Below are positions 8,946 to 19,715 of a DNA stretch of 64,000 nucleotides, one piece after another (the first letter of the stretch is position 1; each line of letters starts with the position of its first letter). The stretch is from Candidatus Hydrogenedentota bacterium. GTDB taxonomy: Bacteria > Hydrogenedentota > Hydrogenedentia > Hydrogenedentales > SLHB01. The DNA lies in NCBI GenBank assembly GCA_963745075.1, contig CAVUWV010000032.1, positions 32,001-96,000 on the forward strand, read 5' to 3'. A program made the position numbers and the translations under genes. Below the pieces are notes generated by a model. It was not told the DNA's origin, searched no databases, and worked only from the letters and a program-made list of their open reading frames with translations.

Positions 8946-10739
8946 TCATCGTTCGATCACATAGTGTCCCTCCACATAACTTCGTGTGCGGACCACCAGC
9001 AACTTCGCGTCGGCATCGTAGGTCCACTGGGTATCCTCGTTCAATCCGACACCGTCGATGCTGACGGAATCCGGCTTCGGATCCATCTTGATGCGCAGAA
9101 TATGGGGCTTCTCCACGCCACCCACGCGCACATCCAGCGCCTCGCCGGTATCGTCGACGGTGACGGTCGACCGGCCGCTGCCGTCGGGGTGGACGACTTC
9201 GAACTCGCTGCGGCCGTGCGGATAGATGAGCCACGTCACGAACCCGTCCGACATCTCGTCGCCGAGACTGGTGTAGGCGCGTTTTACGGCCAGCGGGATT
9301 ATCGCGCCGTCGCGCACGTACACGGGGAACTCTTCCAGGGGATAATCGCGCGTGAACGTTTTGGGGCCTTCGATAACGTCGTCATCGTCGAAGAGATAGC
9401 GCCACCGGCCCTCGGGCAGCGACACGGTGCGCTTCAAGGAGTCCTCATAGATGGGCGCGACCAGGAAATCGTCGCCGAAGAGGTAGTGGTACTTGGCTTC
9501 GAGCGGGCGCATCAGGGGGCGTCCCCCTTCGTGACATGCCACGACCTGCGTGTAGATGTACGGGACCAACTCAGTGTGGAGCCAGGCGAACTTACGGATG
9601 ATTTCCCATTCGTCCGGAACGGATTCCCAGAGCGCGCGATTCGTGTGGCCGCCGTTCAGGAAGAGCCCGCAGAAGGTCGAGAATTGGGCCCATCGGGTGT
9701 AGAGATGCGGCGGAAACTTCCCGCCCGAATACCCCGCGACATCCGAACCGATGACGTTGTAGCCCATCGCGGCGCTGTGAAGGATGTCGGTGAGGGCTTC
9801 TTCGATGCCTTCGTCTTCCAGCCGCCAGGCGTGGTCCTGGTCACCCACCCAGTTCACGGGTGACGCGTCGATGGGGGCGAATCCTTCGGGATGGGCTTTC
9901 GTGTCCAGCCAATACGCGCGCGCGGTGTTTACGCCCTTGCTCTTGAGGAGCCCGATGCGATCCGTGGATCGCGACAAGGTAATAAACTCCGGGTTCTGCG
10001 TCAGGCCGTGCTGGTATTCGTCGCGGTAGTAATGGTCCATGTAGGTTCGCGTGGTCATAATACCGTGCCGGACACCCATGTACGGGACCGGGAAATTCCC
10101 CAGCCGCATGCCGAACGCGGTCGCCGCGCCGTCGAGTTTCCACCCGTCGATGCCCCAATCGAGCACCTGCTGTTGCATCCCGTGCCACCACTTCATGGCG
10201 TCCGGATTCGAGTAGTCGATGAATCCCCCGCGGCCTTTCCACCAGCCGATCTCCCGACCGTTGCCCGCGAGATAGCCGTTCTTGGCGGCCTCGTCGAACC
10301 AGTCCTGCGAATCCGGGATGGCCGTGTCTTTGCTATGGCTGTCCACCATGCACGTCATCCACAGCACGACACGGTATCCGTCGTCCTGGAGTTGGCCGAA
10401 GAACTCGGCGGGGTTGGGATAGCGTTCCTCGTCCACACTGAAATCGTTGTAGCGCGTGCTCCAGGGACTGTCGATGAGCACCGTGCGCACCGGGAAATCG
10501 TGGTCCGCGTAGCCCTGCAACAGGTCGCGCACCGCCTGCGCCGTGTTGGTGTCGTCTTCCCAGACCCAGCATTCGAGGGCCCAGGCCGGCGTCAAGGGCG
10601 GTGCTCCGTGCCGCTGCTCGTTGAACGGCATCCCCCAGAACGGCAGCACCCAGTAGAAGTACAACACGACTGGGATAAGCAGTATTATGATTAGCGTCAC
10701 ACACCCCAGTCGACGTAGACATCCGCGTTTTTGCTTCAT
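8946..10739 (-). CDS. Glycoside hydrolase family 31, membrane-anchored
   Basis: VLIDSPWS, DEERYPNP, GIDGWKLDG, WVGDQ, GSDVAGY, LYTRWAQFSTF, YLFGDDFLVAPI; N-terminal TM segment. Confidence 0.88.
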   Translation of the reverse strand: MKQKRGCLRRLGCVTLIIILLIPVVLYFYWVLPFWGMPFNEQRHGAPPLTPAWALECWVWEDDTNTAQAVRDLLQGYADHDFPVRTVLIDSPWSTRYNDFSVDEERYPNPAEFFGQLQDDGYRVVLWMTCMVDSHSKDTAIPDSQDWFDEAAKNGYLAGNGREIGWWKGRGGFIDYSNPDAMKWWHGMQQQVLDWGIDGWKLDGAATAFGMRLGNFPVPYMGVRHGIMTTRTYMDHYYRDEYQHGLTQNPEFITLSRSTDRIGLLKSKGVNTARAYWLDTKAHPEGFAPIDASPVNWVGDQDHAWRLEDEGIEEALTDILHSAAMGYNVIGSDVAGYSGGKFPPHLYTRWAQFSTFCGLFLNGGHTNRALWESVPDEWEIIRKFAWLHTELVPYIYTQVVACHEGGRPLMRPLEAKYHYLFGDDFLVAPIYEDSLKRTVSLPEGRWRYLFDDDDVIEGPKTFTRDYPLEEFPVYVRDGAIIPLAVKRAYTSLGDEMSDGFVTWLIYPHGRSEFEVVHPDGSGRSTVTVDDTGEALDVRVGGVEKPHILRIKMDPKPDSVSIDGVGLNEDTQWTYDADAKLLVVRTRSYVEGHYVIER

Positions 10740-10850
10740 GGCAACCTCCCGCGTACAGTGGCGGAAGGTACTGTATCACAGCGCGCCGGCCGTCCGAAGC
10801 AGGACAGTACCCGTTAATTGAGAATACGAACCCTCGAAAGGAGGCCCATC

Positions 10851-11093
10851 ATGACACTCGAAGTGATTCGCGCGACGCTCGCATGGTGTACGGTGTTCAA
10901 CATCGGCTTACTCTTCGTCTGGGGTATCATGTTTCTGTTCGCCCACGACTGGATGTACAAGTTCCACAGCAAATGGTTCAAAATGTCCACTGAAACCTTT
11001 GACACCATCCATTATTGCGGCATGGCTGTCTATAAAATCGGTATGCTGCTGTTCAATCTCGTGCCGTACCTCGCCCTGCGCATCGTGGGGTGA
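10851..11093 (+). CDS. Small membrane protein (DUF6868-like)
   Basis: AGGAGG RBS; WCTVFNIGLL...HSKWF...FDTIHY...YKI...FNLVPYLAL pattern. Confidence 0.75.
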   Translation: MTLEVIRATLAWCTVFNIGLLFVWGIMFLFAHDWMYKFHSKWFKMSTETFDTIHYCGMAVYKIGMLLFNLVPYLALRIVG

Positions 11094-11140
11094 GCGAGGC
11101 ATTGTCTCGCGCTCAATCGTTTTTGCAAAGGAGAATCCCT

Positions 11141-11542
11141 GTGTCCGATACCGTTCCCTCGAGAACCCTCAGTATCTCGATTGAATGCCCATTACAGCAG
11201 GTGTACGCCTTCGTGTCGAACCCGGAACGGCTCCCCCACTGGGCCACGACGTTCTGTAAATCCGTGCGGCCCGACGGAGACGACTGGATCGTCGAATCAC
11301 CCGCCGGTGAGGTACGAGTGCGGTTCACGAAACCAAACGCCTACGGCGTGGTCGATCACATGGTCACCCTGCCCTCGGGTGATTCCGTCCAGGTTCCCAT
11401 GCGCGTCGTGCCCAACGGTTCCGGCAGCGAAGTCCTCTTCACGCTCTTCCGGCCGCCCGCCATGACCGACGGGGAATTCGCCAGAGACGCCCTCATGGTC
11501 CAGCAAGATTTGGAGACGCTGAAGAGAGTGCTGGAGGGGTAA
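11141..11542 (+). CDS. SRPBCC / polyketide cyclase family protein
   Basis: AAGGAG RBS before GTG; VYAFVSNPERLPHWA, PMRVVPNGSGSEVLFTL, DLETLKRVLE. Confidence 0.85.
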   Translation: MSDTVPSRTLSISIECPLQQVYAFVSNPERLPHWATTFCKSVRPDGDDWIVESPAGEVRVRFTKPNAYGVVDHMVTLPSGDSVQVPMRVVPNGSGSEVLFTLFRPPAMTDGEFARDALMVQQDLETLKRVLEG

Positions 11543-11557
11543 GATTTATCCCTTGGA

Positions 11558-11685
11558 ACTTCTAACAAAAACCAAGTGGTCAAATTGTGGTGCGGGCATC
11601 CCTGCCTGCCTGCGCCATCAATCTAAGAGCAGCCAAGATGGCCGCACCACAACGGTCGAAATAGATACGGGTTTTTGTTAGAAGT
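11558..11685. mobile_element. MITE-like element with a nested REP pair
   Basis: Perfect 16-bp outer inverted repeat ACTTCTAACAAAAACC (11558-11573 / 11670-11685); inner 16-bp inverted repeat with one mismatch (11585-11600 / 11637-11652). Confidence 0.65.
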
Positions 11686-11702
11686 CCTTAGATGAACCCA
11701 AC

Positions 11703-14681
11703 CTACCCGCCCTGCACCGACGTCAATACCCGCTCGTAGGCTTGATGTACGTGCCTCTTTCGTTCCTGAACGAGCGTGGCAAGGTCTCCTTCGATGTCGA
11801 GGCGGCGCGCGAGCCGGGTGAGCGCCTCCGGGTCCTCGGGGAGGGTGCTGGTGGAACGGCCGTGCATGATGCGGAGGCGGTTCTCGATGCGGCGGAAGAG
11901 GAGGTACGTGTCGTGCAGCATGCGGGTCTCGTCGGGTGCGAGGACTTCTAGTTTCTGGAGAAGACTGAGTGCGCCGAGGACGTCGCCGCGTTTGAGGTCG
12001 GGGTGTTGGTCGGCGTGGCGCAGTTGGAGGAGACGGACCGCGAATTCAAGTTCGGCGATGCCGCCTTCGTGTTTCTTCAGGTCACGCGAACTCGAAGCGG
12101 CCACGATCTTCCGGCGGATCTCTTCGATGTTCGCGATGTTCTCTGGCGTCAGTTCCAGCGTGAAGGCCAGCTCCCGTGCACGGCGGCCCACATCGGCGCC
12201 AAACGCGCGGTCGCCGGCGACGGCACGGGCTTTCACGAGGGCCAGCCGCTCCCAGGGCTGCGCTTCCGTCGTGTAATACTCTTCCAGGCGCGCGTCGCTG
12301 ACGACGAGGCTGCCTTTCTTGCCGTCGGGACGGAGCCGCGCGTCGATTTCGTAGAGTTGGCCGTAGCGGGTTGGCTCTTTCAGTATGCGCATGACATTCG
12401 ACGCGACGGCGGTGAAATACTCGGTGGGTGACGTGCCCGAGTCGACGGTGGCCATACTATCGTAGACAAAGACAAGATCGAGGTCGCTTCCGTACCCGAG
12501 TTCACGGCCGCCCATCTTGCCGAGCCCGAGCACCGCGAACGCCGCCTGCGTTTCGCCGAACCGCTCGACGACTTTCTGCTGCGCCTGGTTCAGCGCGAAG
12601 GCGAGACTGACTTCCGCGAGCAGCGTCAACTCCTCGCCGATGCTCACGATGCCCGCGTCGAGAATCAGATCGCGCATGCCGATACGCAGGGTCTCGCCCG
12701 CGTGTAAGCGGTATGGCGCCGCATCGCTCTCGTATGCGCGGGACAACGCGGCCAACTGACCTTCCAAGTCTTCGCGGGTGGACGGGTGTGCGAGCACACC
12801 GGGCCGGCCAAAGGTATCGAAAAGCCCGGGATCGCGAATCAGCAGCCCTGAGAGAAACTCGCTGTTCTCGACGAGCGTCACGAGGTAGTCGCAGAGGTGG
12901 GGGCTCCACTTCAGGATGTCGTAAATCGCGCCGGGCGCGCGTACGTTGGACAGGATCTGCCCCATCCGCAACAGCGTGACATCGGGATCGACGCTCTTTG
13001 AGAGGGCTTCCAACAGGATGGGCGCGACTTCGGCAAACTGCTGCCGCACGTGCAGCGAGTGGGGGCGTTCGCGGATGCCCGTGGCGAGGATGAGCAGTTC
13101 CTCGCGCGCTCGCTGCACGTCCTTGAAGCCCAGGGGCCGCAATCCTTCCAACCCGGCGGCTCCGTCGGAATGGGGGTTGAGCAGGTCGTTCACCCACAAT
13201 TTACCCGAGCCCTTCGTCGCGAGAAACTGGTCGAGAATCTTGCGCGTAGCGTCGGCGCGATCCTGGTAGTCCGCCATGAACGAGGCGCCCGTGTCGTAGC
13301 CCAACAGTTTCGCGAAGGCGTCAAGCATACCGTGGTCTTTGGGCAATGCATGGCGCTGTTGGCTGCCTTCTATCTGCAACCGGTGTTCCACCTGGCGCAT
13401 GAACGTGTAGTTGCTGGCCAGCGCCGTTGCGTCGAGCGGTTTGAGCAGGTTGTGTTCGCCCAACACCTTAATCGCGTGAAGCGTGGTGCCGGTGCGCAGC
13501 TCTTCGATGCGGCCGCCGTTGAGCAGTTGCAGCATCTGCACGGTGAATTCGATGTCGCGAATACCGCCCCGCCCGAGTTTTACTTCCGTGTCCGTCTCGC
13601 CGCGGTTCGCCACCTGTGCTTCCATCTGATACTTGACGTTGCGGATGTCTTCCAGCGTCTCGTCATCGAAAAAGCGGGGAAACACAAAGGGCCGCGTGCG
13701 CTCGATGAACCGCTGCCCTAGTTCGAGATCGCCCGCGCAAGGCCGCGTCTTGATGAGCGCCTGCCGCTCCCAGGCCTGGCCCTCGCTCTCGTAGTAGTAC
13801 ACGGCGCTGTCGATATCGACGGCGAGCGGACCCATACGGCCATGAGGGCGCAGCCGCATGTCCACCCGAAATACGGAACCCTCGGCCGTAATCTCGGAAA
13901 GGGCTTTAATGATGCGTTCGCCCAGCTTGTGGAAGTATTCCGAGCTGCTGGTGGTTCCAGCGCGGCCGCCGGACGTGGCCCCGTCGCAGGCGTACACGAA
14001 GATCAGATCGATATCTGAACTGAAGTTTAGTTCGCACCCGCCCAGCTTGCCCATTCCCAGGACGACAAATCCGCATTCGGATTCGCCGTCCGTACACCGG
14101 GGAACGCCAAACCGCGGATCGAGATCGCGGCGCGCACTCTGATACGCGGCCTCGAGGGTGGCGTCCGCCAGATTCGATAGATCCTGCGTCAACGACCTGA
14201 GCGACACGTGGGAAAAGATGTCGCGCGTGGCGATGCGGAGGATCTCGCGCCGCTTGAAACGCCGTAAGGCTTGGCAGCGCGCGTCGAAGGTATTGAAATT
14301 CTCCTGCACGCGCAGTAGTTCGCGAATCATGTCATCCCGGGGGCGGGCGTTCTTGAGTTCGGCCTCTTCCCAGAGCCACAACGTGAACTCCGGATTGCGG
14401 CAGACGATATCGGTGAGATACTGACTCTGCGCGAGTATCGTGAGCAGGAGCTGCGCATAACGGAGCGTGGCATCCATCAAATCGATTTCGGCACGTGGCG
14501 TCAGCGTGACTTCCAGAAACCGCTCCAGCCGATTCAGGGCCGTGGTCGGATCGCCGCAATCTTTGAGCGCCTGGGCCAGATGTTCGGCCAGCCGGGGATG
14601 GTCGTCCCGGATGATACTTTCCAGGAAAACTTCCGCGCGCTCGGCATCGTCGAATGCGATATCTTCAAACTCAGTTCTCAT
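11703..14681 (-). CDS. glnE: Glutamine synthetase adenylyltransferase/adenylyl-removing enzyme
   Basis: Two nucleotidyltransferase halves: GMGKLGGCELNFSSDIDL...RVDMRLRPHG and GLGKMGGRELGYGSDLDL...EIDARLRPDG. Confidence 0.96.
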   Translation of the reverse strand: MRTEFEDIAFDDAERAEVFLESIIRDDHPRLAEHLAQALKDCGDPTTALNRLERFLEVTLTPRAEIDLMDATLRYAQLLLTILAQSQYLTDIVCRNPEFTLWLWEEAELKNARPRDDMIRELLRVQENFNTFDARCQALRRFKRREILRIATRDIFSHVSLRSLTQDLSNLADATLEAAYQSARRDLDPRFGVPRCTDGESECGFVVLGMGKLGGCELNFSSDIDLIFVYACDGATSGGRAGTTSSSEYFHKLGERIIKALSEITAEGSVFRVDMRLRPHGRMGPLAVDIDSAVYYYESEGQAWERQALIKTRPCAGDLELGQRFIERTRPFVFPRFFDDETLEDIRNVKYQMEAQVANRGETDTEVKLGRGGIRDIEFTVQMLQLLNGGRIEELRTGTTLHAIKVLGEHNLLKPLDATALASNYTFMRQVEHRLQIEGSQQRHALPKDHGMLDAFAKLLGYDTGASFMADYQDRADATRKILDQFLATKGSGKLWVNDLLNPHSDGAAGLEGLRPLGFKDVQRAREELLILATGIRERPHSLHVRQQFAEVAPILLEALSKSVDPDVTLLRMGQILSNVRAPGAIYDILKWSPHLCDYLVTLVENSEFLSGLLIRDPGLFDTFGRPGVLAHPSTREDLEGQLAALSRAYESDAAPYRLHAGETLRIGMRDLILDAGIVSIGEELTLLAEVSLAFALNQAQQKVVERFGETQAAFAVLGLGKMGGRELGYGSDLDLVFVYDSMATVDSGTSPTEYFTAVASNVMRILKEPTRYGQLYEIDARLRPDGKKGSLVVSDARLEEYYTTEAQPWERLALVKARAVAGDRAFGADVGRRARELAFTLELTPENIANIEEIRRKIVAASSSRDLKKHEGGIAELEFAVRLLQLRHADQHPDLKRGDVLGALSLLQKLEVLAPDETRMLHDTYLLFRRIENRLRIMHGRSTSTLPEDPEALTRLARRLDIEGDLATLVQERKRHVHQAYERVLTSVQGG

Positions 14682-14712
14682 GCGTCGTTACGTCTCACAC
14701 GTTTTGAAGGTC

Positions 14713-14738
14713 CCTTTGGAGTGCGGCCACTCCAAAGG
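14713..14738. repeat. REP-like palindrome / hairpin
   Basis: CCTTTGGAGTG-CGGC-CACTCCAAAGG, 11-bp perfect stem between glycerate kinase and glnE. Confidence 0.5.
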
Positions 14739-14782
14739 AAATCGCTAAAGAATTCATGATTTCCAAATTCGAAACTATGGGT

Positions 14783-15907
14783 TTAATTCCAAGTTTTGCC
14801 GATCCGTTCGCCCACTTCGGCGAGCAGATCAGCGGCATGGGTTATCGCGTAATCCGGCGCGATCGAACCGGTACACAACGCATGAACGACGTCGATGCCA
14901 TGCTCGTGGACGGCCTCGTATCCGTCGCCCAATATGCCTGCTACAGCAACCACGGGGATGCCGGCCTGCTGCGCAATCCGTGCTACGCCGATAGGCGTCT
15001 TCCCGTGAACGGATTGACCGTCGAGCTTGCCCTCGCCGGTAATGACGAGGTCCGCCCCGCGCATACGGTCGGCGAGGTGACACGCATCCGCTACGAGTTC
15101 CACACCCGGGCGAAGGCTACCATGGGCAAAGGCGACAAGACCAGCGCCGAGACCGCCCGCGGCGCCCGCGCCAGGGAGATCGGCAATAGGGACGCCCATC
15201 TGCGCGCGGACCACGTCCGCGAAGTGGCGCAACGCGCCATCGAGTTCCTCGACTGCTTCCGGAGTGGCGCCTTTTTGCGGTCCGTAAACGCGTGAAGCGC
15301 CGTTGGGTCCGCACAACGGGTTGGTCACGTCGCACGCGACAAGAATTTCGCAGTCATCAAGCTCGGAAAGTCGATGCGATCCGTCGATTCGGGCGAGAGA
15401 CAATAACGCCGCACCGCCGCGAGCAAGCACACTCCCCGTTGCGTCCAGGAATCGATACCCCAAGGCTTCCGCCATACCCGCGCCACCGTCGTTCGTCGCG
15501 CTGCCGCCAATTCCAACGATAACCCGTCGCGCCCCATTTTCGATCGCCGCGCGGAGCAACTCACCCGTCCCGTAAGTCGTAGCGATACGTGGATCCCGGT
15601 GTTCCGGAGGTACCAGCGCCAGGCCCGATGCGGACGCCATCTCGATGACTGCCGTCTCGCCGTCGCCCAGCAGCCCGTAGACAGCGTCGACGGGGTCGCC
15701 CATAGGCCCGGTGACGGTCAGGGGTAGCGTCCGGCCGTTCGTCGCAGCGACCAGCGCGTCGACGGTCCCTTCGCCCCCATCCGCCATGGGGACAAGCCGA
15801 AGTTCCGCATCCGGCGCCGCGCGCCGCAATCCGGCGGCCAGCGCTTCCGCGACCTCAAGCGCGGTCAGACATTCCTTAAACGAGTCCGGGGCAATAACGA
15901 TGTGCAT
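14783..15907 (-). CDS. glxK: Glycerate kinase (GlxK/GarK family)
   Basis: IVIAPDSFKE, PMADGGEGT, GIGGSATNDGG, GAGAAGGLG, ITGEGKLDGQS. Confidence 0.95.
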   Translation of the reverse strand: MHIVIAPDSFKECLTALEVAEALAAGLRRAAPDAELRLVPMADGGEGTVDALVAATNGRTLPLTVTGPMGDPVDAVYGLLGDGETAVIEMASASGLALVPPEHRDPRIATTYGTGELLRAAIENGARRVIVGIGGSATNDGGAGMAEALGYRFLDATGSVLARGGAALLSLARIDGSHRLSELDDCEILVACDVTNPLCGPNGASRVYGPQKGATPEAVEELDGALRHFADVVRAQMGVPIADLPGAGAAGGLGAGLVAFAHGSLRPGVELVADACHLADRMRGADLVITGEGKLDGQSVHGKTPIGVARIAQQAGIPVVAVAGILGDGYEAVHEHGIDVVHALCTGSIAPDYAITHAADLLAEVGERIGKTWN

Positions 15908-16115
15908 CGTGCGTGCTTTCTACGTCCAAAGCGCTAAGATCGGCGCCGGTCGCTTCTGAAATTGAGACGATCATAGCAGACCCCGGGATGGCGCAACGAC
16001 CCGGCACGACGAGTTCCGTGCACCCTTATCCCCCCTCTTCTTGACTTAGGATAGTGACTCTTCAAACAATGGACCCTGGGAGTCATCAATCTATCTTTAT
16101 TCGGAGGAACGCGTC

Positions 16116-16931
16116 ATGCGGATCACACGCAGACAATTCATTGGTTTGGTTGGTGCGGCGGGGCTTTCGAGCTGCGCCCGGATGGGGCTCGACAAGGTCG
16201 CGGATATGGACATCATGCCCGGCGGCCCCGGGCGGTTCACCTTTGCGACCATCGGCGACATTCACGTGCTCGACGCCCGCAGCACAGGCATCGTGAACCA
16301 GGCGGTCGACTCCATCAATGTAAATGACAACGTCCGGTTCACGGTCGTGCTGGGTGACTTGGCAACCAGCGGCGAGTACGTGGAGCTGAACCTCGCCCAT
16401 ACGTCTCTGGCGCGACTCGCGAAACCGCACTTCTCCGTTCCCGGCAATCATGACGTGAATATGCACGCCAAGAACATCTACGGCAACTATACGAAACTCT
16501 TCGGCGATCCGGACTGGCGCAATGAAGAGGAGGGCTGGTTGTTCATGGGCATCGACTCGACGAACGAAGCCAAGAGCGACGTGGCTATCCGGCCGGATCA
16601 GCTTGCGTGGATTGAGAAACAACTTAAGAAGATAAATCCGAAACGACCTATCGCGCTCATGACGCACCATCCGTTCAATCCCACGACCAAGTACCGGGTT
16701 CAGAATGCAGACGAGGTGTTGGCAATGTTCTCCGACCACAACCTCAAGCTAGTTGCGGCGGGCCATTTCCACGGAAATCAGGAAGAAACGCAGGACGGTA
16801 TCTTGTTCACGACCACCGCCTGCTGCTCGTCGACGCGCGGCAACCACGACGGCACCACGTCGAAAGGATTTCGTCTGTTCCATGTCGACAAGGAAGCTGT
16901 GACAACCGAGTACGTGGAAGTGGTGGCGTGA
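16116..16931 (+). CDS. Calcineurin-like metallophosphoesterase, Tat (lipo)protein
   Basis: TRRQF plus LSSC lipobox; GDIH, LGDL, PGNHD, THHP, GHFH motifs. Confidence 0.9.
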   Translation: MRITRRQFIGLVGAAGLSSCARMGLDKVADMDIMPGGPGRFTFATIGDIHVLDARSTGIVNQAVDSINVNDNVRFTVVLGDLATSGEYVELNLAHTSLARLAKPHFSVPGNHDVNMHAKNIYGNYTKLFGDPDWRNEEEGWLFMGIDSTNEAKSDVAIRPDQLAWIEKQLKKINPKRPIALMTHHPFNPTTKYRVQNADEVLAMFSDHNLKLVAAGHFHGNQEETQDGILFTTTACCSSTRGNHDGTTSKGFRLFHVDKEAVTTEYVEVVA

Positions 16932-16949
16932 AGATAGGCGGCCGAGCCG

Positions 16950-18329
16950 TTAATCCGGGTCTCCGGCTTCGCCCCTCCTGTCGATCTCATGCTTCTTGAG
17001 CCGGTATTGCAACGTCTTGTAAGTAAGACCCAGCAGTTCGGCAGCGTCTTTGATCGATCCGCCGCTGCGACCCAGGGCTTGGCGTATTAGATCCTGCTCC
17101 AAATCCTCGAGCACCAGGCCGCCGGTCGGCAGAACAAAATCCCCCGACTCCGGCGCACGATTGCGCAGTTTTTCCGGCAGATCTTCGGCATGAATGACAT
17201 CGCCGTCGGCAAGTATGTACAACTGTTCGAGCGTGTTCTCGAGTTCCCGCACGTTGCCCGGCCATCGGTAATGGCGCATGGCTTCCAGCGTATCCGACGC
17301 GAGCGTTGGGCATTTCTTTCCCAGTCGTTTGGACAGCTTCTCGCGAAAGTGTTGGATGAGTAACGGCAAGTCATGCAACCGATCGCGCAAGGGCGGCAAT
17401 GCCACCGGCAACACGTCGAGCCGGAAAAACAAGTCCTCGCGAAACTCGCCGTTGTCCACCAGTTTTCGCAACTCCCGGTTCGTGGCGGCGATAACACGCA
17501 CATCGACCTTGCGGGGCGTTGACGAACCAACCCGCTCGACGACCCCGTCCTGCAAGACGCGCAGCAGCTTGGCCTGACTGTCGAGCCGCATGTCGCCGAC
17601 CTCATCGAGAAACAACGTGCCGCCGTTGGCGACCTCGAACTTCCCCGCGCGGCTGGCTTCGGCCCCCGTAAACGCGCCTTTCTCGTGACCGAACAATTCG
17701 CTCTCAACCAGCGTATCCGGAATCGCGGCGCAGTTCACAACCGCAAAGGGTTTCTTGCTGCGCGGGCCCTCGAAGTGAATGTGGCGAGCCACCAACTCCT
17801 TACCGGTCCCCGATTCGCCAAGAATGAGCACGGTGCTGTTGATGGGGACCGCCTTCTGAACGATGTTGAAAACCCGCTGCATGGCCGGGCTTTCGCCGAT
17901 GATGTTGCCCAGGGAAACGGACTGGCTGACCAGTTCGCGCAGTTGAACGTTCTCGCGCCGCAGCGAGCCGCGTTCGATGGCCTTTTCCACCACGATAAGG
18001 AGTTCGTCTTTGTCGAAGGGTTTCGCGAGATAATCCGACGCGCCCTCCTTCATGGCCGTCACCGCCGTCTGGACCGTGGCAAAGGCGGTCATCACCACCA
18101 CCTCCATGTCGGGACAGATGCGCTTGGCCTGCCGGAGCAGTTCGAGCCCGTCCATCTCCGGCATGCGCAGATCCGTGAGCAAAACGTCGCGTGGGTTTGC
18201 GCGCAGGGCGGTTAACGCGTCTTTGGCGGACGCGACGGCCGTAACGCGATAGCCCGCCGCGCTCAAAATATCATTCAGTATGAGGCGCTGGGTTTCGTCG
18301 TCTTCGGCGATGAGAATCTCTGACTTCAT
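16950..18329 (-). CDS. Sigma54-dependent response regulator (NtrC/AtoC family)
   Basis: Receiver domain ([16 protein letters not shown]), [22 protein letters not shown], Fis-type HTH; ATG overlaps kinase stop (ATGA). Confidence 0.95.
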   Translation of the reverse strand: MKSEILIAEDDETQRLILNDILSAAGYRVTAVASAKDALTALRANPRDVLLTDLRMPEMDGLELLRQAKRICPDMEVVVMTAFATVQTAVTAMKEGASDYLAKPFDKDELLIVVEKAIERGSLRRENVQLRELVSQSVSLGNIIGESPAMQRVFNIVQKAVPINSTVLILGESGTGKELVARHIHFEGPRSKKPFAVVNCAAIPDTLVESELFGHEKGAFTGAEASRAGKFEVANGGTLFLDEVGDMRLDSQAKLLRVLQDGVVERVGSSTPRKVDVRVIAATNRELRKLVDNGEFREDLFFRLDVLPVALPPLRDRLHDLPLLIQHFREKLSKRLGKKCPTLASDTLEAMRHYRWPGNVRELENTLEQLYILADGDVIHAEDLPEKLRNRAPESGDFVLPTGGLVLEDLEQDLIRQALGRSGGSIKDAAELLGLTYKTLQYRLKKHEIDRRGEAGDPD

Positions 18330-19705
18330 GCGGCTCCTTCCCGTCGTAGGGGAAACGCGATCAACACGTGGCACCCCTGGCCCTCGACGCAAGACAGGTC
18401 GATGGTTCCTCCATGCTCTTCAATGATTCCGCGCGTAATTGACAAACCAATCCCCGTTCCAGTCGGCTTGGTCGTAAAATACGGATCGAAGGCCCGCTCG
18501 GCTACGTCTTTGGTCAGGCCGGGACCGTCGTCGCGAATCTCGACCTGGCATTCGTCCTCGAGAATGCGCGAAAACAACCGGACCCGCCCTCCCGCGGGCG
18601 TCGCCTCCAGGGCGTTTATCAATACGTTTAACACCGCGCGTGTGAATTGTTTTGGATCCAGAGACAACTCGGTCTCCCCCGCCCTCAAATCGCTGACGAG
18701 TCGAACGCCGCGGTCCTTCGCGTCTTGTACCACCAGGTGTACGCACTCCTCGAGCAAGCGATCGATTCGGACCGGTTCGGGTTGCAATTCGCGCTCTTTC
18801 GCCAATGCCAGAAATCCCGAAACGATCTCGTCGAGCCGATCGACTTCCTTTCGGATCGTGCGCAACTGGGTCACCGCCGAACCGGATTCCTCGCTCACCT
18901 GCAAAGTATCCAGCGCGTGACTCGACAGCAATTTGATCGCGTTGAGCGGATTGCGCACGTCATGGGCGACTCCCGCGGCAAGGGTCCCGAGGGCCGAAAG
19001 CCGCTGCGCCTGACGCAGGTTCTTCTCGACCTGCTCCTTGTCGCGCAACGAGCGCACCATGTTGTTAAACGTCTGTTCGAGCGCGAGAATCTCTCCGTAA
19101 TTCTTACGCACCTCGACTTCGTCGAGTTTGCCTTCACTCACTTTCGCGCAGGACTCGGAGAGATGGCTGAGGGGGCGCAAGCTTTTCACGATGAAGTAAA
19201 TCATCAACCCCAGCGTGACTAAAAATCCGGCCGTCAATCCTGCCAGATACTGGTTCTTAAACACACGGAGAACGGCGGTCAGCCGCTGCATGGGGTATTC
19301 GGCCGTAATGTATATGGGCGTACTGCCCCCGTAATCAAGCGTGTAACTTGCCACGATATTCCCGTCTTCGGTGAACTGCGAGATGACCTTCTCCGTCGGC
19401 TGGATTCCGGGATCGGCGCGCTGGATGTGCAACTGGACCGTAGGGTGATTCTGGGTTAGATCCTTGCTGATTTGCTCCAAATCCAGCGGTTCACCGGGGT
19501 GCTCCGCCGCCAGAAACTGCATTTCGTTCACCATTTCCATCGTCTGATTTTCCACTTCGCGAATGACTTCCACGAAGTAGTGGGCGGTCAGGATGTAAAC
19601 CGACCCGAGCAGACAGAGCAGGAGGATCACGCACAATGCGATCACCCGCACCATGAGCGAGTTGTACCATCGGACGGGCGTATATGTGGAAACCGGGTCG
19701 GTCAT
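18326..19705 (-). CDS. Membrane sensor histidine kinase (HAMP, HisKA, HATPase)
   Basis: Two TM segments; AAGVAHDVRNPL H-box, NVLINALEA, DDGPG, FDPYFTTK, GTGIGL. Confidence 0.93.
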   Translation of the reverse strand: MTDPVSTYTPVRWYNSLMVRVIALCVILLLCLLGSVYILTAHYFVEVIREVENQTMEMVNEMQFLAAEHPGEPLDLEQISKDLTQNHPTVQLHIQRADPGIQPTEKVISQFTEDGNIVASYTLDYGGSTPIYITAEYPMQRLTAVLRVFKNQYLAGLTAGFLVTLGLMIYFIVKSLRPLSHLSESCAKVSEGKLDEVEVRKNYGEILALEQTFNNMVRSLRDKEQVEKNLRQAQRLSALGTLAAGVAHDVRNPLNAIKLLSSHALDTLQVSEESGSAVTQLRTIRKEVDRLDEIVSGFLALAKERELQPEPVRIDRLLEECVHLVVQDAKDRGVRLVSDLRAGETELSLDPKQFTRAVLNVLINALEATPAGGRVRLFSRILEDECQVEIRDDGPGLTKDVAERAFDPYFTTKPTGTGIGLSITRGIIEEHGGTIDLSCVEGQGCHVLIAFPLRREGAA

Positions 19706-19715
19706 AGTCTACGTA

